A DNA stretch of 60,777 nt, the filler included, from Piptocephalis cylindrospora (lineage: Eukaryota), in the NCBI GenBank assembly GCA_003614145.1. It is 4 parts of 4 records of this genome, joined end to end, with 100 filler letters (N's around TTAATTAATTAA, not from the genome) between each part and the next. Parts side by side here need not be neighbours in the genome. Positions count along the whole stretch, not along the records: positions 1 to 15,257 come from KZ987903.1; positions 15,358 to 30,604 come from KZ987904.1; 2 more parts are not named here. The stretch is one strand, 5' to 3'. Below, one piece after another: positions 14,272 through 27,688 of the stretch (its first letter is position 1; the number at the start of each line of letters is the position of its first letter). The notes beneath the pieces are model-generated. The model saw nothing but the letters and a program-made list of their open reading frames with translations, was not told where the DNA came from and searched no databases. The position numbers were made by a program, and so were the translations under genes.

Positions 14272-14494
14272 AATAGCCCTCATAGCCTAATGGATATGGC
14301 GTCGCCCTCCTAAGGCGGAATTCTAGGTTCGAGTCCTAGTGGGGGCGAAAAATCGTTTCCTTGCTTCTTTAGCATAGGGTATACGTCGGGAGCATAGTGT
14401 TCCTGGTACCACACATGCCAGCTACTTTAGCAGACATTGTGTTCAGATGCCCATCCGCCTACCCCGCTGGGGAAAATAAACCGGTTTCATCATC
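14272..14494 (+). mobile_element. tRNA-Arg-derived SINE-like retroposon, full-length copy
   Basis: Flanked by an identical 18-bp direct repeat ATCTGTCTTTTAAAGGCC (14254-14271 and 14495-14512). Consists of a tRNA head, a ~120-nt repeated body and a CCCC-GCT-GGGG/AAATAAA/(CAT)n tail. The body recurs at 14540 and 47879. Confidence 0.85.
14276..14347 (+). tRNA. tRNA-Arg(CCU) sequence, intronless; forms the head of the SINE-like element
   Basis: Cloverleaf: acceptor GCCCTCA/TGGGGGC, D arm GCC-TAATGGATAT-GGC, anticodon arm TCGCC-CT-CCT-AA-GGCGG, T arm CTAGG-TTCGAGT-CCTAG, discriminator G. Confidence 0.92.
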
Positions 14495-14539
14495 ATCTGT
14501 CTTTTAAAGGCCTCTAAAGAAATGCAAGTACTGACCATA

Positions 14540-14664
14540 ATAGGGTACACGTCGGGGACAACGTCCCTAGTACCACGCAGGCCGGCCTAGGCGGGTCATG
14601 CGTTCGGATACTCTGTAACCAACCCCATGAGTGAGAAATAAATCGGTTTTATTATCATCATCAT
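14540..14664 (+). mobile_element. Diverged, headless tandem copy of the SINE body / LINE-like 3' end
   Basis: Aligns to 14374-14494 (ATAGGGTA.ACGTCGGG...GTACCAC.CA...GTTC.GAT...ACCCC...GAAATAAA.CGGTTT..(CAT)n). No clear target-site duplication. Confidence 0.75.
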
Positions 14665-15257
14665 GCTGATTTGATTAGACGACTCATCCCAAGCGACGCG
14701 AATAACCTCTATCGAAAATAGATGACACGTGAAACTGGAATACTTCAGTCGTTGCTCTCACAGATAAATCAAACTATTTAGGCCCCAATATACTGTTGAG
14801 CATGCTTAAGCAATGCAAATAGGCCATCCTATGTGCTGTTGGGTAGCGCCTACTATGCACAAAGGAGTGCTTATCATGACCCCGTCCCTCCCTTAACCAT
14901 GCACTACAAAGGGCAAGGACACCCTTGAGCCCCATGCAACATTATCCTTATTCTACATGAGAACTTCAGCCCGATCCTTGTTCAAGTACTCCAAGTCTCC
15001 GCCCCTAGAATCACCTTGTCTTCTTCACAAAGACCGCCTTCTTCCTCTACCGCTAACGCCTCTACATTCGTTCATGAATAATCTTTTAGTGAAGAAGTAA
15101 GGTATAAGTAGCTGGACATTCGCTCCCTTTTGCATCAGTCTGAAGAATACATGTCAAATTCCCCTCCATTTTTCCATCCCCACCTCCCTCGTGAACCCTC
15201 CTCTGATTAAGATACCCTTTGATAAGAATTGATTCCAGTTAAGAACACGTCCCCAAG

Positions 15258-15357
15258 NNNNNNNNNNNNNNNNNNNNNNNNNNNNNNNNNNNNNNNNNNN
15301 NTTAATTAATTAANNNNNNNNNNNNNNNNNNNNNNNNNNNNNNNNNNNNNNNNNNNN
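15258..15357. other. Artificial contig-joining linker
   Basis: 100 nt: N-run, TTAATTAATTAA (stops in all six frames), N-run. Confidence 0.97.
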
Positions 15358-16554
15358 CCTTTCTCATTTTGAAGCGTATAAAGGTACTCTTCAACCCCAA
15401 CCCCCCACATTCCCCCCCCCCCCCCCCCCCCCCCAAGGCAACACTCGCTGGAACAAAGGAATAGTAGGGAAGGGAGGGCATCCTCTTCTAGATCAAGAAA
15501 GGGTAAATGGGCTCTTGGCGGGCCACAGATGAACATTCCGATTTTTTCTTGTGAATGGAGAAGTGTGAACTGGCTGTAGAGCGTGCTTGGGTGGGTATAT
15601 TTTCGCTCACGAGCGCAGATCGGAGTTACCACGAGTTGAGTGTACAAACTCCGACACCCCAAGAGATTTAACAAGGCAGGATTTAGGAGGATGAAACGAA
15701 TGTATGCCGCCGACATACTCGAGAAGGATCTTATATGCGCTGGACTCAGCAAGTGCTGTGCTCAGATACTACCCATCAACTTGCCCCACAAAGGAAAAGT
15801 GAAACGGGCTATTAACCTGTATCCACAAAGACAATGTTGGCCCTGGTTTGGCGAAATGGGGCATAGGAAGCAGGAATGAAGTCAGTATGTCTCAGGACAT
15901 TTATTACCTCGCTTCACTTCACTTCATACTATACTACATTCCTCCAACCTGCTTAGTCTCACGCATAAGAGGAAGGAATATCTGGACAAAGCCTGCATAG
16001 GTCCGTCAGTCGCAATTAGAATAGCAAGAGAGGCGCAAGCGGAATAAACAACTGTTCCATTTATCCTCTTGTGGCACGATACATTTCCATTTCATCCACC
16101 ATGCCTGCATAGAGACACTCTGACATTCTTCCCTTAGCCCACCCAAAGCATAAGTGGATATCATGTTCGGATAGCTAATGGACTACCTTGCTGAAGAGTA
16201 ATAGTCTGGGATTGTTATTATCATTCTTCAAAGGAGCACCTTCCTTAGATGGCGATTCTTGATTGAGTCATTATAGATCCCAGGTGACCCTAATGCTCAA
16301 AACCACCCATCATACGATAAAAATGTATGACGTTGAGGTGAAGCATATATCTGGAGTATTTTGAAGGGAATAGCGCCTATCTTTACACAAGATATATCGA
16401 AATGTTCATGACCATATCATTTTGGTAATACAAAGGGTCTTGGCATTAACTATTCTTGGCCCTTCAGTAAAACTATCCTGCTCTCGAGGTAATTTCCTCT
16501 CCCTCTCCTTTGCCTCATCAAGGAACACCGATGTATGATCTATCAACACTCCCT

Positions 16555-19500
16555 CTATGCCATGACATTTTCATCACCCTCAGGGTACTCATCCTCATCA
16601 CCCATGATCTCAGAGCGTCGTCTCCGTTTACTGGCCCTTGAAGGATGAGGGATATCAGCTGGGCTTGCACTAGCATTCACCCTCTCCGTTTCATCACCCA
16701 TAGCCCGAACTCTCTTTTTAGGAGACCCTTCGCTTTGTTCCTCTTCCTCTTCTTCCTCAGAAGAAGATCCTAAATCATTTTCTTTAGTGGGCCCAGGTCT
16801 CGTTGGTCCTTCCTGAGGCCCTTGTGTCCTCTCTGTAGCCTTGATCAAGGCTCGTACATACCCCTGAGCCCCTGAGCCTCGCATTCTCTTGGGATCTAAT
16901 GTCTTGACCTCTCCAAGGATACTCTCGGCTTCCTCAGATCCAAGGGTGCCCCGGTTGACCAAAGGGATCAAGGCACTAAGCCATCGACCTAGTTCGACCC
17001 GTCCCTTGCTCACAGCTCCGGTCGGAGCAAGTCCTCTGACTTGGCCTGCGGATGCCCGTAGGACCAGACGATGCACTTCCACAATCCATCTTCCCCCAAT
17101 AGTTCCTGCTCGTGAGGCCTGGCCAATAAGACGGATTAGAGTACTAACGGTTGCTTCTGGACTTGCTACAATGAGTTCCTCCTCCTCTCCATCCTTCTCA
17201 TCCAGGTCTTGGGAGGTCCTGCTCAGTTTCCTCACCAAAGCCTGTCCTACTACCGCCCCATAAGCCTCAGAGCCCTGTTCTACCCAGCCTTGTCGTTTTT
17301 GCAAAAGTTTTCGACAAATCACATCGTAAACGTCCCCCAATTCCCCAGTGTGGGCCAGGACTACTGAGCCAGGACCATCCATCCGCATCAGCCCTCGGAT
17401 TCCTAGACGATAGATGGCTCCGGCCAGGAGGGCAGCATGGTGATGACACCGCTCTTGACCCATTCTTGAACCTCGGTGCCCTTCCTGTCGAGCCTCCAGT
17501 GCTAATCTCGATAGTTCCTCTATCCCCCACTCCTCTACCACGCTTCCATAATCTATTCCGACCCATTCTGCAGCCTCAAGATACATAGTACCCTGGAGGT
17601 GTGGATATGCAGAAAGAGCCTCGCTGGAACGCAGGAGGATCAGATGAGAGAGGGCTTGCCAAGCCTTTTGGGGAGCGCGTCAAAAGAGGAATGTATGAAA
17701 GGTTAGTAAGGGATAGCTGATTATGCCAGATCCGTATCTCCCTTTTATTATCAGGGGGAAAAATGACTTGAATGAGGGCCCTCCTCTCTAACTCATAACC
17801 CATAGACCATACCTTTCTACAAGTTGCTCGTTCCTCGATGCGAGACTGAAGGATACTTTTGAGACTGTTCATGGCGCGGTCTACCCAGCCACTCATACTA
17901 CGGATATCATCTGTGCTGGTTCTATTCTCGTCTCGGAGAGCACTTTCCTCATCCTCGAAGAGAGCCTCATGCTGTCCGTGTGACCTGATGTATCGCTGAA
18001 TCCACCAAAGCGACCGAAGTAGAACCAAGTCGATGGCCGGCCCCACTTGCTGTCCAGCCGAGTCATCCACTTGACTCATTGCCTCATTTACCCTATCCCA
18101 AAGTGGAGCATCTAAGGCAAGAGCACCCTGCCGACGGACTAGATCTTCCATATCCCGGTACCGCATCATCATGGCCATCCAACGCAGCATGTCGGTAGGG
18201 TCCTCGGAAAGTGAGGTAATCCAGGTCACTACCTGACCCTCTAGGCGGTCTCGGATCCAACTCCCTCCCTCGTCCGCTAAACACTTACCAATGCACCGAG
18301 CGCTATGAATCATCCAATCTGCACTTTCACACTCTCCGCGCATCTGATCAAGAATCTCTTCCAAGAGGATAAGGATAGGCTTAGCCTTCATACCTCTTCC
18401 CTCCCCTCTCCACCATCCCCAATGGGAGTCTACCAGTATTCCTTGGACTAGCAAGGCTCGATCCTTAGATCGGTTGCGTAGCCGCTGCAAAAGACGAAGC
18501 AGTCGGTGAGATGGTACGGACATAAGATAAGCATGGAGCTCTTCTTCTTCCTCTGTGGCCACTTTCACCCCCGTGGCATCTTCCTCCAGGATCCCTCCTC
18601 GAGTCCCTCGAGCTCGGGTATTTCCTGAACTTGACGCATGGGTAAGGCGTATCACCTCCCCGAGCATAACCAGGACCCAATGATCCCTGATTTCCTGCTC
18701 CTTTTCCTCCAGCTGAACGGTCAGGGTCTGATCGCCAAGTAGATAGTCCACCTGAGATTTCCAATCTTTCAGGATGGGGAGATGGGGAATTAGCGACTGG
18801 GTAGCCATCCGAACACTCTCAATGCCACTCCCCATTAGCTTGGTGGGAGCCATGGATGGGTCAATCCCGTGAGATTGGGTGATAAGATCGAGTATCTCTG
18901 ACGGTTGCTGAGCTCCCTCTTCCATAGCTTCGTGAGGAATATTAGAGCCATCTTTATCAGCACAGCCTATCTCCTCTATAGCTTCAGTCCACCATCGAGC
19001 CATTCCTTCTACCCAACCGTGGGAGGAGGAAGGGGAGGGGAGGTAAATTTCCTGGATATACCGGGAGGCCAACGGGGCCAGGCGCCGACGTCCGGCCTCT
19101 TCTTCCGAGAGGAGCAGAAGGGAGAGGGCTCGCATCTCCGACTCTTTCCACATTCCTTGACCCCGGGTTTCGCCAATCAGTTGGATGGCACGGAAAAGGC
19201 TCTTGCGGACTGTGGCATCCTCTTCTCGACTCGTAGATTCATCCTTGTCTGGGATTACCATATCATAGAGAAGTCCTTTGATACGGTTTCCAAAAACTCC
19301 TGCGGCTCCCCGACCACGCCCTCCACCCGCTGTGGATTTTCCACTACGCTTCCCCCAGACATTGTGAATCTCAGACACATTCTCTTCATCTTCATCCTCG
19401 CTGTGATTTTCCTCGGCATCGCTCAGTCCCCCTTCATCCATGTCCGTACCCAGAGATCCTCTTCCACCCTTTCCCTCCCCCAACACATTCTCCCCATAGA

Positions 19501-20738
19501 TGCGACAGATCCCTTGCACAGCCTCCGCTCGAACGAGAGATGACTACACGTGACGGAAAATGAAGGAAATGAAGCAAGAGAAGTGTTAGGGAGCAAAAGG
19601 TGAGTACAGATTTTATGCCTAAAGGAATAGGGTTTGCAAATACTTGACTTACTTCATCCTCGAGAGCAGCTTCAAGGTAGGGTAGGAAGGATTCCTCCAG
19701 AAAGTAAATAGGGTAAGTAACAATGCAGTTCAATAGCGCCTTAATGGACTCAGCCCTCAGAATGGGGAAAACATCGCGGCATCGATGGATGAAGACACTG
19801 CAATTCCAGTAATGGAACAAAGGTGTTCATGAAGAAGGGATCATAAGTACAGTAAAGAAGGGTAATAATAGAGAGTCTTGGAGGCAATTTTTCCTCAAAG
19901 AGAAAAGTGGTATTGGGACATACCCATCAATTAAACCTTCCATGTGACTATGGCAAGTAGAACGGCCCTGGGTCAGGGAGGAAAGCCCTTTCTTCAAGGT
20001 GTCGTATCGTCGATTCCGCCGACCGTCCCGTCCCAGCCCATCAGTTTGCCGCTGACTCAAGGTAATGCGCTTGGTAATATGTCGTCCAATGGAAGTGATG
20101 GTCTGGAGGATCTGTAGAGTAGCGAGGGTACAGGAGTGCCTAAGAGATCGTAGGGGGATACTACATGATGGCACAATCAGGGGGATGAGGAGCCATTGAA
20201 TCAGTTCTGAGCTGGATACTCCTAAAAGGATGCAATTGAGAAAATATTACCTAGTCAGAGGAACAAGCCATTCCTCAAGACGAGGAAGAAAGTACTGGCG
20301 ATCATCCAATCTACCTGTATCTTCAGAGGCTTCCTCGTTGTCTATGGAGGAGACATCCCATAGCTCACCTTTGGAATGCAAGGCGCGGATGAAGCGATCG
20401 ACAATATCGAGGAAACGCTCCGCTGCCTTTCTACCCATTTTTCCCTTTTTACCAAGAGGGTATTCCCCGGTCAGGTTTGGAGAAGGAAGGGTGGTTTCTT
20501 GGATGGTAGAGTAGAGATCCTCGAGGGCGGAAGCAACATTTCCCTGGTCCTGAAGAGTCGCGGAAGATAGAGTAAATGTTTCAGCGCCACCCGCATGGAA
20601 CATCAAGGCCATGAAAGCATGAAAGGCTTGATCGGGGTCACGCTCATGAAGTCGGAGAAGTGAGTAGGTCAAGGAGGATACTTTACTTTCTGGTGCCGAA
20701 AGCACCTCTGGATCAAACAGGGATGGGTGTTCAGGCAT
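16555..20738 (-). CDS. Cohesin subunit Scc3/STAG (Psc3/Rec11/Irr1 family), divergent, multi-exon
   Basis: STAG-domain-like WLVPLT..SIPLRSLRHSCTLATL and SCD motif VFIHRCRDVFPILRAESIKALLNCIVTYPIYFLEESFLPYL..L.DE, followed by long helical exons. A short extra 5' exon may exist. Confidence 0.8.
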
Positions 20739-21196
20739 ATCCCTAAAGGAGGATTGATAAAAGAAGGGAAAAGGCTAGGAATGAAGCAGAGAGAAGGATG
20801 AGGTGAAAAAAGAAAGGAAGGGGAATGAACGGGACGGTTGAACGAGGCTACTCTTTATGAATTTGCTTCTGTTTACCTTTCATCGCGACACGTCCGACGC
20901 GTCTATCCCTCTCCAAGCAAAGAGCGGAGGGTATTGGTCATGCTGTGTATTCAAGTGGTGGCCTTGTATGCCACAGAAAGTTCCCCACCCCAAGTCAGTA
21001 TGAGTCAACGGCGCCGCGACGAGGACCGGCCATTGCGCCCCCACCGGTCATTACGCGCTGGGTGGCGTGGTCCAGATTTTGATAATAATATTGCCTAGAA
21101 AAAGAACCTTTTCTACCCAGTCAAGATGCTAAGGACATATCCTTTAATCTCGTCAACGTACTTTCAATCTCATCCTCAGCGGCTGCTGCTCGATCC

Positions 21197-24067
<2,871 letters not shown>

Positions 24068-25964
24068 TAGACCATTGTATTGAGGAGGAACGAAAGGCTG
24101 ATGGGTGTGAAGGAGAGGCATGTGCTTCAATACACCCCATGACCAGGGCTCAAAGGCACTGAATGGATCATGCGGACCTCTGGTCCCCACGTTTCCTCTC
24201 GAACAGCGAGGAAAAATATGTACTTTGCACACATTTCCTTGTCGGTCGACAGAGGCGCAGATGGAGATGCTGTATCTGGAATGATCTGAAATGTGGCTAT
24301 AAATAGGATACATGGAGATGACTGATCTGTTCAAATATCCTCGTGCTGAGGAGAGGCCTGGACAAGTTCCAGGAGATGTATGCTTTAATGGCCATCTAAA
24401 CTAGCCCATAGACCAATGTGATATTCATGAATGAACGAGACGAGGATTTAGATGATTGGGAAAGGCAGAAACAGGCGAGGAGCCGGGATGAACACCTCTT
24501 CCGCCTGGTTGGCCAAGAATACCACCTCCCGTATGAACATCCATGTGCAGGGTCATATCAGTGGCATTCATCGATGAACAATACGTTGGTTTATAATGGG
24601 ATGAAGAGAAAGCATGCAGAAGTATGGTCAAGAATGGATGGAGAACGTGGTTCCTGGCGCACGACTTTGTAATCCAAATGGATATATCTTTGGTATTGAA
24701 GGATTGGTGTTTTGAATCATGGCTTCCTCCAGGCAGAGCGTACATATGAGAATATGCCATCCTAGAGGAATACGAGTATCGAATCCACAGATTCCCTTAG
24801 CATTTTGCCCTTTTCCCTCAGCACTCATCTCATATCTTTCCCCAACAATATCCTCTCTTTCCTTCTTCATCTTTCCATTAACTCCACTGCCAATAGGTTA
24901 ATGCATTATCCATCTTGGTCATTAGGACCTCAGTATCAATCAAGTGATGGAGAATGCATGCGGACCATCGAAGGGTCGACGAGCTGTGCGCACCAGCGGA
25001 GGCTAACCGCTCTCGATATACCAGCACGCACACACGCACGCACATGCCGATACGGATCCTCGGTTCACTGGGCTGGACAGGTCTCCTAGGCAAAGATGCT
25101 CCTCTGCTCGCCCTCCAAGGCGCACTTCTTGCCCCAAAGTACCCAATCTCACATAAATCCAATTCCATGGAAATGGCCCATCGAGGACGGAGAAAGGTGA
25201 TACGGGGCAAGGTTTGGTGCACAGACCAGGGTCGGGATGTACAGCCCTCTCTTGATGGTGGTACGAAGGGATCCATGTGTGGATGAGGGTCGGAGTCGGC
25301 GGGGGAGGCGGGATGTGGTCCGCCCACCCACTACAATAAGGTAGGGGAGGGTGAGCCTGCGATTCCGAAGAATGGAGGCTGCAAGTGGGAGTAGGGCCTG
25401 TGTGTCAAAGGTGTGGAGCAGAGGAGAAGGGCATATCAAAAGGGGAAGGAGAGCTTCTGTACTGAAAGCTCCTCTCCTCGCTTCCCACTTCAAAAATGAG
25501 AGACTTCTCAAAGTTCCCATGGAACGCACCCTTTCTTCCAGAGCAAGAAGAATGCCAGTTGTCGGTGGAACATCTTCGTGTGCATGGGAGCACCAGGACT
25601 ACACGCAGTACCCTCCTTCCCGCCCTTCATCCTCTCATCATTATCCGTGCTGGTCCATTCACTGGGGATGGGCGACAGCACGGCATATCTCCCCACTGGC
25701 TAGTTCAGTCCGCCCTCCCCACCCACCCTGGAGCATTGTCTTGAACCCCTCCCTAGGCCCGCGCCAACCCCTTTCCCTTGGGCTTCCAAGTCAACGCTGG
25801 GGCTGCATGCTGCATCGACGAGCCACCTTGCCTCACCTACATCTTTAGCTTCTCTACTGCCCCCAGTCATTGCACCTCCTCCTCTCCCCCCTCCTGCACC
25901 GACTATCTTTTCGTCTTCCCCGTCCACACTTGACAGAAGAGCGGGGGAGGGAGGTAGGAGCGGA

Positions 25965-26513
25965 CTATGTAAAAAAGACGATGAATCCCTCTAGCATGTC
26001 CCAGATCCGGACAGTTGTATCCCCACTTCCCGACGCCAAGTGCTCCCCATCTGGAGAAAATGACACGTTCAGCACGGCCTCCTTGTGACCAGGGAGGGAG
26101 GAGGAACACCGGGTCACCGGCCTTACTCGGAACACCGCCTGAGGCGTGTACCGGATCTGAAGGGTCTCTTCGGTGGATCGTACTCCAGGTTGAAGAATAC
26201 TCTCATCCAACGTTCCTCGTACATTCGTTTCATCTACGGAAAAGACATAGGGTGCCGGGGTGTCATCATCGTCTTCATCATCGTCATCACCCTCACTTCG
26301 AGCTTTCTTTTCCTTTTTCTGCGCAGAGAGGAGTTCGTTAAGCAAGAGCTCCAGTTGCTCTGTGGTCACTGCGGTGGGGAGGTTGAGAACGGGTCCAGTG
26401 GTCTGGGTCAGGTCGTCCGACGGCACAAATTGGGCAAGGACATGGGTGGCCCCAGTGGTCGGGGCATCCGAAGAAGCCTCCTTTCTCTTAAGTTGTCTAC
26501 CTTGGAAGGACAT
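25965..26513 (-). pseudogene. RSA4: Notchless/Rsa4 N-terminal part only (NLE domain plus first WD40), apparently truncated
   Basis: VLAQF..GPVLNLP..EQLELLLNELL, TEETLQIRYTPQAVFRVRPVTRCSSSLPGHKEAVLNVSFSPDGEHLASGSGDTTVRIWD, then unrelated residues and a stop. No further WD motifs were found downstream. Confidence 0.7.
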
Positions 26514-26932
26514 GACGGGATGAGGGATGGGGGAAAGAGAGAGTGTGTGAGGTTTGGAGAGATGAGCTCCGTTTTTTCTTTTTTCCCGACACACGTTGTG
26601 TAGCATCTGTGCACTTTGCACAGAGAGCGGGGTAATCATCTTTGATGAATTCTACAGTGGTGGTTATCGTGTAAGAGCAATTCTGAAAATTGAAAAAGGG
26701 GCGAAAATCATATCCTTATTCTGCCGCTTGATTTTATTCAAGAACCACCACGATTATGAACAGTGTGTGGGCCACTATCCACTCACAAAACAGGGCGAGG
26801 GTCACTACAGACTGAGCGCAGGCTTCATCCCCCCACCAAACTCTGCATACTTTTTTTTCTTTTTCCTTCTGCTTTCTGCTCCGCCATCCTCTCTTTCTCA
26901 ATCCGCCATCCATCTTTCACCCTTTTCCATCA

Positions 26933-27310
26933 ATGGCCAAATCCATTCGTGCTAGCAGCAAGAGACACTTTAGGTCGGTGAAGCGGGCTACCCTCTTTGG
27001 TCAGGTGGAGGCAGAGAGGCTTCAGAGGCTGGCCAAGCTGCAGGAGGCTGCCAACTCCAAGACACACCGGGAGTACACTGGTCTCTCCACAGCCGAAGAG
27101 GAAAAGACCCCGATTGAGAAGGTAGAGCCCGTCAAGGAAGCAGATGAGACCATGCAGGAGGATGGAGCTACCGGGGGTCGTACCCAGACCCGGGATGAGA
27201 GGAAGCGCAAGTACAAGAAGGGTTGCAAGGTACAGTCGGCAAACACGCTTCGTGGATCCAAGAAGTTCCGGAATGGGCAAGTGAAGAAGACCAAGAAGTT
27301 TGTCTTTTAG
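26933..27310 (+). CDS. Small basic nucleolar protein, DUF2423 (YBL028C/LLP-like)
   Basis: MAKSIRASSKRHFRSVKRATLFGQVEAERLQRLAKL N-terminus and Lys/Arg-rich tail. Confidence 0.8.
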   Translation: MAKSIRASSKRHFRSVKRATLFGQVEAERLQRLAKLQEAANSKTHREYTGLSTAEEEKTPIEKVEPVKEADETMQEDGATGGRTQTRDERKRKYKKGCKVQSANTLRGSKKFRNGQVKKTKKFVF

Positions 27311-27688
27311 ACATCTCCCGAAACCCCTCTATTCATCATTCATCCCCTTGCTATGTATCTCCGTTCTGATAAACATTCATTCTTCCCCTCATTTGTTTCT
27401 TGGATAGTCATTGTCGTGTAAGAGACTGGATGTCAAGGTAAAATGGAAACGAAAAAATGGAAATGGTGTATAAAAAAGCAGAAGAAAAGATGATGAGGGA
27501 ATGTGGGATGTAAGCAAAGAAACTGGGGGAGCCATGAGGATACCGTTGTCGGGATCTTATCATATCTGGAGATGAGGAGTGGAGTGAGGATCTTGATCAG
27601 CCTGGACAGAGTAGGATTCGAGAAGCTGCGCGGGATAAGGAGTTGCGCTCTTCCCCTCTCATTTCCCTCTCCTAGTCCTCCTATCCGC

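Noticed and set aside
6401..14347. tRNA-modification cluster (RIT1, ELP1 and the tRNA)
   Set aside because: The substrates differ (initiator tRNA-Met A64 versus U34 tRNAs; this tRNA has C34), and the tRNA appears to be a retroposed insertion. Probably coincidental.
14374..14664. Tandem repeats as a CRISPR array or known self-cleaving ribozyme
   Set aside because: Only two diverged ~125-nt units, no spacers or cas genes, and a eukaryotic context. No CUGANGA/GAAA hammerhead core or HDV nested pseudoknot could be assembled on either strand.
18905..19543. Long antisense ORFs inside Scc3, ELP1, the kinase, the START gene and the orphan gene
   Set aside because: Shadow frames of real coding exons with no independent protein features.
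24418..25927. Numerous overlapping 60-165 aa ORFs on both strands
   Set aside because: No recognisable motifs or consistent splice pattern; expected by chance in ~50% GC intergenic DNA.
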